DNA from: a bacterium HR15
Lineage (GTDB): Bacteria > Armatimonadota > Fimbriimonadia > Fimbriimonadales > GBS-DC
Assembly (NCBI GenBank): GCA_002898555.1
Contig: BEHR01000011.1
Span: 1,229-65,228, forward strand
DNA: 64,000 nt
Direction: 5' to 3'
The translations under genes were made by a program, and so were the position numbers. The notes below the pieces were generated by a model. The model was given only the letters and a program-made list of their open reading frames with translations, made no database searches and had not been told where the DNA came from. Position 1 is the first letter of the stretch; the number at the start of each line of letters is the position of its first letter. Shown piece by piece: positions 9,026-17,781 of this stretch.

Positions 9026-10366
9026 TTAGCTATCGCCCACCATGCCGAAGTTGAACAGCACGGTGAGCAGATCCGCATCATCGACAACGCCATCGCCATT
9101 CAAATCTTCAGGCAACCCCGGTCCCGACTGCCCGAAAGCGAACAGCACCTGCAATAGGTCGGCGTCGTCGATGATATTGTCTCCATTAATATCGCCGTTC
9201 ACCAAATCGAACACCAATCCCGATACATCGGCATTGAGCGACACATTGCGTATGACGCGCCAGAGGCTGGTGGGAGCACGACAGGCGATGTGATAAGTGC
9301 CCGACATCAGATAGGTGTAGAAAGTGAAATTGCCGCTGGCGTCGGGATAAATCACGCGCTGCTGCCGCACCCGATTGTCGCTCGGCTCACGAATCTCAAA
9401 AGTGAGCGGCACGGTTTGCAACGATTGCCGATTGAAGTTGACGCGCCCAGACACAAATCGACGCAGGGGGGTATAGTCGGTTAGCAAAATATCATACCAG
9501 CCTCCCGCGGGACCACCTGGGTAATTGTAGCCTTCTACACGCAGGTAGTAGATCCCTGCGGGCAGATTGGAAAGGGCAATGCGCGAAGTGAAAGGATTAA
9601 ACGGGTCGTGAGGGTCGTCGTCGTTGGTGGCAAGTGGATTGAGGCTGGAATCGTAGATGGTCAGCACGGTATCGGTCGCCCCAAAGGTGCGCACGGTCAA
9701 GTTCCCCGCACCAATCTCGATTCGGTAGTAATCGATATCGCTTTGTCGATAAGTCAGGAAGGCGTTGGCGATGAGGGTAAAGTCATCTGCCAGGTTGCCG
9801 ACATCGGTCGCCGTGGCTGCGGTGTTGTTGGTGCCGCTGACTTCGTAAGGGTCATAGTCGGGCGCAGTGCTGCCATCGAACATGCGCAGCGTGTAGCGAA
9901 AACGCGCCAGTTCGCCCGATGCTGCGATGGAGCGTACCTGCACATAATAAGTGCCCGCGGAAAGGTTGATGGTGATGCCAGAGTCGGCATTGGTGAACGA
10001 AGTGTCGCGATTGCCTCGCGTGTTGTCCCCAGGCACATCATCGTCATTTTCAGCGATTAATCCGCCACTGCTGTTATAAAGCGCGAGCACCGAGTCGAAG
10101 GGGGTGTCCACGCGGAAGGTGTAAGTACCCGATTGCAATACACGGAACTGGAAATGGTCCAGATCGCCATCGGGGTTGATTATGCCGCGAATGATCTTCA
10201 TCACGCGCTGATTGGTCGAATCGCGCCCGACGATGCCCACATTATGGGCGGTGCCTATTGTGTCGTTCAGTTCCTGTTCGGTCAGAAACTCGATGCGCGG
10301 CGTTTGCGCGCCTGCAAGCGCAAGCGTGAATGCCAGAACCCCTATCCAACTCGCTTTCCTTCCCAT
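9026..10366 (-). CDS. exported protein with two pre-peptidase C-terminal (PPC)-like domains, a CarboxypepD_reg-like domain and a C-terminal dockerin-like module
   Basis: Signal MGRKASWIGVLAFTLALAGA. DLDHFQFRV...LALYNSSGGLIAENDDD and DIDYYRIEI...LTIYDSSLNPLATNDDD. C-terminus GDINGDNIIDDADLLQVLFAFG...DLNGDGVVDDADLLTVLFNFG. Confidence 0.75.
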   Translation of the reverse strand: MGRKASWIGVLAFTLALAGAQTPRIEFLTEQELNDTIGTAHNVGIVGRDSTNQRVMKIIRGIINPDGDLDHFQFRVLQSGTYTFRVDTPFDSVLALYNSSGGLIAENDDDVPGDNTRGNRDTSFTNADSGITINLSAGTYYVQVRSIAASGELARFRYTLRMFDGSTAPDYDPYEVSGTNNTAATATDVGNLADDFTLIANAFLTYRQSDIDYYRIEIGAGNLTVRTFGATDTVLTIYDSSLNPLATNDDDPHDPFNPFTSRIALSNLPAGIYYLRVEGYNYPGGPAGGWYDILLTDYTPLRRFVSGRVNFNRQSLQTVPLTFEIREPSDNRVRQQRVIYPDASGNFTFYTYLMSGTYHIACRAPTSLWRVIRNVSLNADVSGLVFDLVNGDINGDNIIDDADLLQVLFAFGQSGPGLPEDLNGDGVVDDADLLTVLFNFGMVGDS

Positions 10367-10406
10367 GGCTCCTTTCCCTTGCCTCTATTATAGCACAGAT
10401 TGGGCT

Positions 10407-11099
10407 TCAAAGGAGTCCGCGTTCACGAAAACTGGTATATCTTCCGTCGCCAATGATGATGTGGTCGATGAGTTCGATGCCCAGCAGCGCACCTGCCTCG
10501 CGCAATCGGTGCGTAATGGCGATGTCTTCGGGGCTGGGGGCAGGATCACCACTGGGGTGATTGTGGGCGGCAATCCAGCATGCCGCGCCTTCCCGAATGG
10601 CGACGCGATACACCTCACGCGGGTGTACCAGACTGCTGTCCAGTGTGCCGATGGAGATTGTCTCCGTTCGCAATACGCGATTTTTGATATCCAACAGCAC
10701 CGCGATAAAATGCTCGCGCTTCTCAAAGAGGAGGTTCGCATAGAGCAAGTTATACACATCTTCGGGCGAGCGAATTTGGGGGCGTTCCTGGAAGGTGCTG
10801 ATAGCGACGCGCCGCCCCAGTTCCATCGCGGCGGCGATCTGGGTCGCTTTTGCCAGCCCCATGCCTTTAATGCTTGCCAGCTCATGCACGGTGGCATTCA
10901 GCACGCCACGCAGCCCATTGAATCGCTGCAACAACTCCTGCGCCAGTTGCAGGGCGGAACGCTGGCGTGTGCCCGTGCGTAGTAAGATAGCAAGCAACTC
11001 ATGGTCGCGCAGGCTCGCTGCACCCCAGGCAGCAAGTTTCTCGCGCGGGCGTTCCGACGCAGGCAGCTCGCGAATCGTGGTGTAGACTGTCGGCTCCAT
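10407..11099 (-). CDS. radC: RadC-like JAB domain protein (UPF0758)
   Basis: ERPREKL...LSDHELLAILLRTG N-terminus and the HNHPSGDPAPSPEDI JAMM motif. Confidence 0.9.
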   Translation of the reverse strand: MEPTVYTTIRELPASERPREKLAAWGAASLRDHELLAILLRTGTRQRSALQLAQELLQRFNGLRGVLNATVHELASIKGMGLAKATQIAAAMELGRRVAISTFQERPQIRSPEDVYNLLYANLLFEKREHFIAVLLDIKNRVLRTETISIGTLDSSLVHPREVYRVAIREGAACWIAAHNHPSGDPAPSPEDIAITHRLREAGALLGIELIDHIIIGDGRYTSFRERGLL

Positions 11100-11112
11100 C
11101 GTTTTGCTCCTT

Positions 11113-11622
11113 TTAGAGGGCTTTCTTGAGGCGCGTATGGATGAAATCCATCAGGGAATGCACCGCACCACCTGCCACCAGCCCAATCACCAGCGCCAGC
11201 ACCTCGCGCTGATAGGTTAGCACCCAGTCGGTGGCGTGCAGAAGCCAGCTCCGGGCATCGACCTGTAGCGCAATGCCAATGCGTGTTAGCAGCCAGCCGA
11301 ACAGCCAGATCAGCAAGGCAAGCACGCTGATTAAATAGGCGACGCGCAGCAGCGGTCCGATGCCCAGCCCATGAGAAATCCAGCTGCGGTGGGGCACTAA
11401 CTTCTGATAGGGATACCAGAGGATGCGCAAGGGTCCCCAGCGGTAATAGGCACTGGAGCGGGTATCGAGGTCACTGGAGAGCCAGATGCCGGAGAAGGTA
11501 TAGCTGGCGATGGCGAGCCAGGCGAGCGGGCGCGTCTCCGGCGGCAAATACATCGCGGTAAGCGGTATTGCCCCAAGAGCGGTGCTGACCGTGACCCAAT
11601 CATGCACTTGGCCCGACGGCAT
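11113..11622 (-). CDS. membrane-associated metal-binding protein (DUF2227-like)
   Basis: HRSWISHGLGIGPLLR motif and hydrophobic helices. Start chosen at ATG 11622, adjacent to the rpoD stop; the ORF is open to 11712. Confidence 0.5.
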   Translation of the reverse strand: MPSGQVHDWVTVSTALGAIPLTAMYLPPETRPLAWLAIASYTFSGIWLSSDLDTRSSAYYRWGPLRILWYPYQKLVPHRSWISHGLGIGPLLRVAYLISVLALLIWLFGWLLTRIGIALQVDARSWLLHATDWVLTYQREVLALVIGLVAGGAVHSLMDFIHTRLKKAL

Positions 11623-11623
11623 G

Positions 11624-12667
11624 TCAGCTTCCGATGGCTTTGCGCAGTTTCTCGATGGCGCGCGCTTCCAACTGGCGCACGCGCTCGCGACTGAGGCGCA
11701 TGTGCTGCCCAATCTCTTCTAAAGTGAGCTGGGGGGTATCGCCCAATCCATAGCGCAGGCGGATAACCTCACGCTCCTTGTCATTCAGCACGGTGAGCAA
11801 ACGCTCCAGATCGATTTCCTCCATTAGTTCTTCGGGCGGTTCCTCCATTAGCAGGTCAAGCATCGTGGTCTCCTCGCTTTCCCCGACGGGGGTCTCAAGC
11901 GAGAGGGGACGCGCCACCGCATTCAGCAGATTGCTGACCTGCTCCACAGACATCCCGGTGTGCCGAGCAATCTCATGGAGGGTCGGTTTGCGCCCCAACT
12001 CCTGCTGCAGGATGGCGGCGGTCTGGCGTACGCGGCGCAGCGATTTCATCAGATGGACAGGGAGGCGCAACACAGCAGCCTGCTCCTGCAGCGCGCGCCC
12101 AATCTGATGACGGATCCACCACGAGGCATAGGTGGAGAACCGGGTGCCTTTCTCCGGGCGAAATGTGGACGCTGCTTTGATCAAACCCAGATTGCCCTCT
12201 TGAATCAGGTCCGCCAGAGGGAGTCCACGCCCAGTGTAGTGGCGAGCGATCGCTATCACAAGGCGCAGATTTGCCTGGATCAGCCGCTCCCGTGCCGACT
12301 CATCGCCTGCTCGCACACGCAAGGCCAGCTCCTGCTCCTGTTCAGGGGTCAGGCGCGGAATGCGCGACGCCTGCTGAATCCACCAGCGAACCGCGTCATC
12401 GATGACCTCGCTCTCTATCGCCTCAATCTCCCGGTCGGCTTCCTCTGCCAGTTTGCGCAGCTCCAGATCGGCCACTTCACTGTCCGGCAGCACTTGGATG
12501 CCCTGCGATTCGAGAAAGCTTAGTGCGTTCTCAATCGCTTCTGGTTCCAGTTCCTCCGGCAGGCTCTGCAACAGCTCCTCGATCGTTATGTAGCCTCGCA
12601 GCTGCCCTTTTTCCACAAGCGAGCGCATCTCTTCAGAACCAAACAGTTCGTCCATTAGTCGTTTCAA
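11624..12667 (-). CDS. rpoD: RNA polymerase primary sigma factor (RpoD/SigA)
   Basis: Regions 1.2-4 are recognisable: LIQANLRLVIAIARHY, IQEGNLGLIKA, STYASWWIRHQI, REVIRLRYGL, EIGQHMRLSRERVRQLE. Confidence 0.92.
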   Translation of the reverse strand: MKRLMDELFGSEEMRSLVEKGQLRGYITIEELLQSLPEELEPEAIENALSFLESQGIQVLPDSEVADLELRKLAEEADREIEAIESEVIDDAVRWWIQQASRIPRLTPEQEQELALRVRAGDESARERLIQANLRLVIAIARHYTGRGLPLADLIQEGNLGLIKAASTFRPEKGTRFSTYASWWIRHQIGRALQEQAAVLRLPVHLMKSLRRVRQTAAILQQELGRKPTLHEIARHTGMSVEQVSNLLNAVARPLSLETPVGESEETTMLDLLMEEPPEELMEEIDLERLLTVLNDKEREVIRLRYGLGDTPQLTLEEIGQHMRLSRERVRQLEARAIEKLRKAIGS

Positions 12668-12744
12668 CCTCCTCAGAAAGGGTGCATAATAGGTAGCGAG
12701 TAGTGAGTGTCGAATCTATCCACTCGCCATTCATTACTCGCCCT

Positions 12745-14574
12745 TTAAGATTCGACACGCAGGCGCCAATATTCCTGCCACTTTTGAGGATCAGGGGGCT
12801 GGTCGCCGCGCGTGAGTTCGTTCAAGATTTGCAGACGGCGGGCGCGTTCTTTGCGTTTATGGAGATACGCTAAACACTCCGCTACCACTGTGAGTGAGAG
12901 GGGTGGTTCCGTCTGCAGCATCAGGCTGGTAAGTAATGCCTGCTGGGTTTCGTCCGAAAGAGCGTTCAACAGGTCGCGTTCCGCATATCGATAGGGGGGC
13001 TGTGGCAGCTGCTGAATCGTGTGTGCCAGGGCTCTATGTTCCGGCAGGCTCCATTCGATATGGGGCAGCTGTTCCATCGCAAGCGCTGCCGTTTCAGGAG
13101 ACAAGACTGCTCGCAGGATAGTGCGCTCGGCATCCACCACGGCGCGGGGTAGCTGCACCGAGAAAGAGGCAGGGGGGACATCCTGCTCTGTGGTGGCTTC
13201 GTTTGGGCGATGGGTTTCGGTTTGTCGGGAGGCGCGTGCTCCAAGAGGGCGGCTACCCTCGCGCTGAAGACGACGCACATCACGCAGCAACGCCTCCATC
13301 GCCGCTTGGGGGCTGGTCAGGTAAGCAGGGCTGAGTGGGGCTAATCGCTCCAGACAAGCGGTCTGCTCTACGGGACTGCGCAGCTGGGCGACAAATCGCA
13401 GCGCGTCGTGCAACAGGCGCGTGCGAGCAGGCAGGTCCAGCGATTCCACGCGATCGACACCCGCCTGCATCAGATGTTCTCGTATCATCTGCTCCAGTCC
13501 AAAGAAGGCAGCGGGGCGTGCCGTGTCCAGTGCCTGCTCCAAGGCTTCCACGCCCATTTTTTGCAGCAGGCTATCGGGATCCTCGCCTGCGGGCAGCTCC
13601 ACAATCAGCGCGGGGATGCCCGCTGCACCCAACACCTCGGCGGCACGCAGCGCGGCACGAACACCGGCATTATCCGCGTCGTACAGCAAATAGACGCGCT
13701 CCACGATTCGGCGCAGTCGTGCCGCGTGCTGTTCCGTGAACGCAGTGCCCAGCGTCGCCACCGCATGCTCAAAGCCGAACTGGTGCAACCTAATCAGGTC
13801 CATATAGCCTTCCACCACGATGGCGCTCTGTTGTCGCACGATGGCGCTGCGTGCCAGATGCCAGCCGTAGAGGGTGCTGCGCTTTTCGAACAGGGGTGTC
13901 TCGGGTGTATTGAGATATTTGGGTTCTTCGTTGCCCAAAGTGCGCCCCCCAAATGCAATCACTCGCCCTGATGGGTCGTGGATGGGGAACACGATGCGGT
14001 CACGCAAGTAGTCGTAGTATCCATGTTCGCCCTGCCGAATCAGCCCCGCGTTCAGCGCGTCTTCCGTCGTGATGCGATGCTTTTGCAGGAACCGCAGCAG
14101 GTAGTCCCAACCATCCGGCGCATAACCCAACTGGAACCGTTCGATGATTTCGGGGGTTAGCCCGCGCTGTTGCAGGTACTGACGCGCTCGCGCAGCGCGT
14201 TGTAGGCACTGGCGGTAATAGAAGTGGGCAGCGAACACGGCGCGACGCCATCGATCGCGTTCATCCTGCCCTTCTTGATCGGGCGATGGTTCTCGCAATT
14301 CGACGCCCGCACGCTCCGCCAGGCGGTGCAACGCATCGCGAAAGGAAATCCCTTCGATACGCATCAGGAACGCAAAGGCGTCGCCCGAGGCGCCGCAGCC
14401 AAAGCAGTGGAAACGGTTCAGGCTCGGGCTGACATAGAACGAGGGGGTGCGCTCCGTGTGGAAAGGACATAGCCCTTTGAAGTTGCTGCCCGCTCGTTCC
14501 AGTCGCACATAGCCCGAAACCAGTTCCACCAGATCGATGCGCTCACGGATTTCCTCACGCAGGTTGCGCGTCAC
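12745..14574 (-). CDS. dnaG: DNA primase DnaG
   Basis: Zinc finger CPFHTERTPSFYVSPSLNRFHCFGCGASGD and TOPRIM region IVVEGYMD...YLLYDADNAG. Classic dnaG-rpoD linkage. Confidence 0.92.
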   Translation of the reverse strand: MTRNLREEIRERIDLVELVSGYVRLERAGSNFKGLCPFHTERTPSFYVSPSLNRFHCFGCGASGDAFAFLMRIEGISFRDALHRLAERAGVELREPSPDQEGQDERDRWRRAVFAAHFYYRQCLQRAARARQYLQQRGLTPEIIERFQLGYAPDGWDYLLRFLQKHRITTEDALNAGLIRQGEHGYYDYLRDRIVFPIHDPSGRVIAFGGRTLGNEEPKYLNTPETPLFEKRSTLYGWHLARSAIVRQQSAIVVEGYMDLIRLHQFGFEHAVATLGTAFTEQHAARLRRIVERVYLLYDADNAGVRAALRAAEVLGAAGIPALIVELPAGEDPDSLLQKMGVEALEQALDTARPAAFFGLEQMIREHLMQAGVDRVESLDLPARTRLLHDALRFVAQLRSPVEQTACLERLAPLSPAYLTSPQAAMEALLRDVRRLQREGSRPLGARASRQTETHRPNEATTEQDVPPASFSVQLPRAVVDAERTILRAVLSPETAALAMEQLPHIEWSLPEHRALAHTIQQLPQPPYRYAERDLLNALSDETQQALLTSLMLQTEPPLSLTVVAECLAYLHKRKERARRLQILNELTRGDQPPDPQKWQEYWRLRVES

Positions 14575-14594
14575 ACAGGGTCGCCTCGCTTTGG

Positions 14595-15392
14595 TTAGAT
14601 GGCGGGTGCGCCACTCATGCCGCCCTTACCGCCCACGCCACCTCCAGCTGCTGGAGGTGGCCCACCCGTCGGTCCACCTCCGATGCCAGCAGAGGGACCA
14701 CCCGGCATTCCGCCCGGCTGCTGACCACCACCGAGACCGACAAAACCTGGTCCCAAATTCGGCAGCCCAGCAGCGACAATGATCGCCATCACCTTGTTGG
14801 TCTTGGTATCGATCTGGAAGGCGACGCCCAGCTTATTATAGCGTGCCAGGATCACATCCCCGTAGTACTGGTGCTCTTGCGGATAGCCGTATGCCCTGAC
14901 TACCTTGCTGTAGGGGTCGCCCAGCGTAATACCGCGCGAGGTGCGCACATTCGGGTCAGGTTTGTAGCCATGCGCGCTGATTTGCACCACACGCCCGTCC
15001 TTATTCAGCACGAAGGAGTAGGTGGAACCGCTCTTGCCCCGATAGATATAGACGGTTTCCATCTCGATGCGCTGCTCGGTGGATGTGCCTGCACCGGTGG
15101 GCTGTCCACCCGGTGGTGCGCCAAAACCTGGTGGTCCGCCAGGACCAGGCAGACCGCCTTCACCGCCTTGCTGTCCCTGCGCGCCGCCACGCTGCCCGAA
15201 ACGCTGCACCGTCACCTGCACATAATTAATCTCGCGTGGGTTGCCGAACTTCTCCAGCACACGGGTGGCAGGGCTAAACAGACGGATACCCAGCAGCGCA
15301 GTCTCGGCTCGCTGCTTGCCCTGAGCGGTCAAGCCCAGCAGCAGTGCCGTCGCGCCTATCGCCACAAGCCCATAACGCCAAACGCTTTTCAT
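14595..15392 (-). CDS. exported protein with Gly/Pro-rich low-complexity segments, unknown function
   Basis: ATG 15392 preceded by GGAGG. Signal MKSVWRYGLVAIGATALLLGL. G/P-rich tracts flank a beta-rich core. Confidence 0.6.
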   Translation of the reverse strand: MKSVWRYGLVAIGATALLLGLTAQGKQRAETALLGIRLFSPATRVLEKFGNPREINYVQVTVQRFGQRGGAQGQQGGEGGLPGPGGPPGFGAPPGGQPTGAGTSTEQRIEMETVYIYRGKSGSTYSFVLNKDGRVVQISAHGYKPDPNVRTSRGITLGDPYSKVVRAYGYPQEHQYYGDVILARYNKLGVAFQIDTKTNKVMAIIVAAGLPNLGPGFVGLGGGQQPGGMPGGPSAGIGGGPTGGPPPAAGGGVGGKGGMSGAPAI

Positions 15393-15718
15393 TCCTGTCG
15401 CCTCCATCTATAACTATACCCCATCTTCGGTCAAAAGCGTTCGATTCCTGCGCTTCCCTCATGCGTTCACGCTGCCATCGATGACTCTGTTGCTATTGGA
15501 CGCGAGAACCGCGCGGAAGTTCCTTTGGCAAGGTATCCTTGAAGTGTGATGGGTGTACATCGGCGGAGGGGCAGGCGTTTCGGGCGAGGTGTGCGGATTG
15601 TGCTGCTTTTGCTCGCGCTGGGCGGGCTGATTTACTGGTTTTGGTGGTTGCCTTCACGGGAGCCGGCGACACCGCTGCGCATCGAGTTCCGCTCCCTCGG
15701 CTCCTCGGGACATGCGCC

Positions 15719-16780
15719 ATGAAAATCGGGCTTATCGGTTTCTGGTTAAGCGGGCGCACAACGCTGTTTGATGCGCTCTCGCAGGGTCATGCGCGTGAGG
15801 GCGTCGCGACGGTTCCGCTGCCTGACCCACGCTTGGAGCAGCTCGCTGCGTTGGAACATGCCAAAAAGGTGTCCTATGCCGCATTAGAGTGGCACGACGA
15901 TCTGCCCGACGCGCTGCCCGACAAGCCCGACACGATGCGCGCGGCAATGGCGGCGGCGCGTCCGATGGATGCGCTTGTCATCGTGCTGCGCCTGTTCGAC
16001 AGCCCCTATGCGCCTTATCACGCCCCAATCGACCCTGCACGCGACCTGCGCCGCTGGCTGGACGAGTTCGTGCTGAGCGACCTACAAGCCATCGAGAATC
16101 GGCTGGAGCGATTGGAGCGACTCTTCCAATCGCATAAGGAGAGCGCAGGCGATCGTGCCGAGGCACAAGCTCTGGGTGAGCTGCGTGTCAAGCTCAATCG
16201 GGGTGAGAGCCTGCATGCGTTGGAGCTGGGACACGAGCTGGAAGCCCGTCTGCGCGGATTCGGCTTTCTGACGCGCAAGCCTCTGGTCGCGGTCGCCAAT
16301 CTTGCCGAGCGTGTGCTGGGCAACGAGGCCACCCTGCCCGAATGGCAACCCCTGCAACAACTCTGCCAGCAATGGGGTATCCCGCTCGTCGCCCTCTGCG
16401 CCCCCTTCGAGCGCGACTTGCAGCAGCTGCCTGAGGAAGAGCGTGCGCCTTTCCTGGAGATGATGGGGCTGAGCGAAGCCCGCTTGAACACCCTGCTTCA
16501 TACGGTGTACGAGCAATTGGGCGTGCAGCGGTTCTACACACTACTTGGTGGCGATGTGCGGGCATGGCTGGTGCGTCGCGGTGCCACCGCCTTGGAAGCG
16601 GCGGCAACCATCCATACCGATATGGCAAAAGGCTTCATTCGAGCGGAGGTGTGCCATGCCGATGAAGTGATTGCGGCAGGCGGCTGGCACGCTGCCCATC
16701 GCGCCGGCAAAGTGCATCTGGTCGGACGCGAGCATGGGCTGCGCGATGGCGATGTGGTGCAGATTCGGTTCCATGTCTAA
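15719..16780 (+). CDS. YchF/OLA1-like protein with degenerate NTPase motifs (DUF933/TGS-like C-terminus)
   Basis: Collinear with YchF (VPLPDPRLEQLA; IHTDMAKGFIRAEV...DGDVVQIRFHV). However G1 is GFWLSGRTT instead of GLPNVGKST, and the switch I/G3 regions are not recognisable. Confidence 0.65.
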   Translation: MKIGLIGFWLSGRTTLFDALSQGHAREGVATVPLPDPRLEQLAALEHAKKVSYAALEWHDDLPDALPDKPDTMRAAMAAARPMDALVIVLRLFDSPYAPYHAPIDPARDLRRWLDEFVLSDLQAIENRLERLERLFQSHKESAGDRAEAQALGELRVKLNRGESLHALELGHELEARLRGFGFLTRKPLVAVANLAERVLGNEATLPEWQPLQQLCQQWGIPLVALCAPFERDLQQLPEEERAPFLEMMGLSEARLNTLLHTVYEQLGVQRFYTLLGGDVRAWLVRRGATALEAAATIHTDMAKGFIRAEVCHADEVIAAGGWHAAHRAGKVHLVGREHGLRDGDVVQIRFHV

Positions 16781-16844
16781 CCCCCATCGTGGGGTGTATT
16801 TCCTGCAAGGACAGCCTCCTGCACCGTCGAATCACGGGTTTGCT

Positions 16845-17747
16845 ATGAGCCGAGCACACTTGCTCCAAGAGAGCCAGGCGACTTTCACACCGCGCGTGAA
16901 GGAGCGCTATCTCATCATTCACGCGGACGATCTGGGCATGTGCCACGCCAAGAATCGGGGCACCATCCGCGCGTTAGAAGCAGGTGTCGTTAGCAGCACC
17001 AGCATGATGGTGCCCTGCCCATGGTTCCCCGAAGCAGCCGAATGGGTGCGCAAGAATCCAAAGATCGATGCAGGGCTCCACCTGACCCTCACCAGTGAAT
17101 GGCAATTCTATCGGTGGCGTCCCGTCGCGCATCCCGACAAGGTAAAAGGGCTGGTCGATAAAGATGGTTTTCTGTGGCGTTCGGTGGAGGAGGTCGTGCG
17201 CCATGCCAGCCCGTCAGAGGTAGAATCAGAGATTCGTGCCCAGATCGAACGCGCGCTGCATTTCGGCATTCGCCCTACACACCTCGACTCGCATATGGGC
17301 ACGCTCTATGCTGATCCGCGCTTTTTTGAGGTCTTCTTGAAGGTGGCGATGGAATACAAAATCACACCTATGGTATTCAGCCCCACGCCCGAAATCCTGC
17401 TGATGGCGAAGACACGCGGGCTGGACTATCTGCCTATCTATAAGCGACTCCAACAAGCGCGCATCCCCACCATCGATTACCTGAATCCGCAGTATGCACC
17501 GGACGAAGCGTTCGAGCCACACCGCCAGCGACTGCATCAATTTATCCGCAACCTGAAGCCGGGAGTCACCGAGCTCATCGTGCATTTGGGCGAGGATGAC
17601 CCCGAAGGGCATGCCATCACCAGCAGCTGGCGTTATCGTGTGGACGAACTGCGCATCCTGCTGGAGCCAGCCTTCCAATCGTTGCTGCAACAAGAAGGGA
17701 TCCGCCTGACTACCTACCGCGAACTACCCGAGATTCAGGGGGTATAA
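16845..17747 (+). CDS. YdjC/ChbG-family carbohydrate deacetylase
   Basis: IIHADDLGMCHAKNRG...TSMMVPCPW...THLDSHMG motifs. The start is uncertain (ATG 16845 or 16774). Confidence 0.75.
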   Translation: MSRAHLLQESQATFTPRVKERYLIIHADDLGMCHAKNRGTIRALEAGVVSSTSMMVPCPWFPEAAEWVRKNPKIDAGLHLTLTSEWQFYRWRPVAHPDKVKGLVDKDGFLWRSVEEVVRHASPSEVESEIRAQIERALHFGIRPTHLDSHMGTLYADPRFFEVFLKVAMEYKITPMVFSPTPEILLMAKTRGLDYLPIYKRLQQARIPTIDYLNPQYAPDEAFEPHRQRLHQFIRNLKPGVTELIVHLGEDDPEGHAITSSWRYRVDELRILLEPAFQSLLQQEGIRLTTYRELPEIQGV

Positions 17748-17781
17748 TACCCCTTTGGTGGATAAGGAGGAAAAGTAGCAC

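Noticed and set aside
14595-15392. Collagen-like or phase-variable interpretation of the Gly/Pro-rich protein
   Set aside because: The G/P tracts are irregular (no G-X-Y periodicity) and not tandemly repeated at the DNA level. I treat it as low-complexity linkers of an exported protein.
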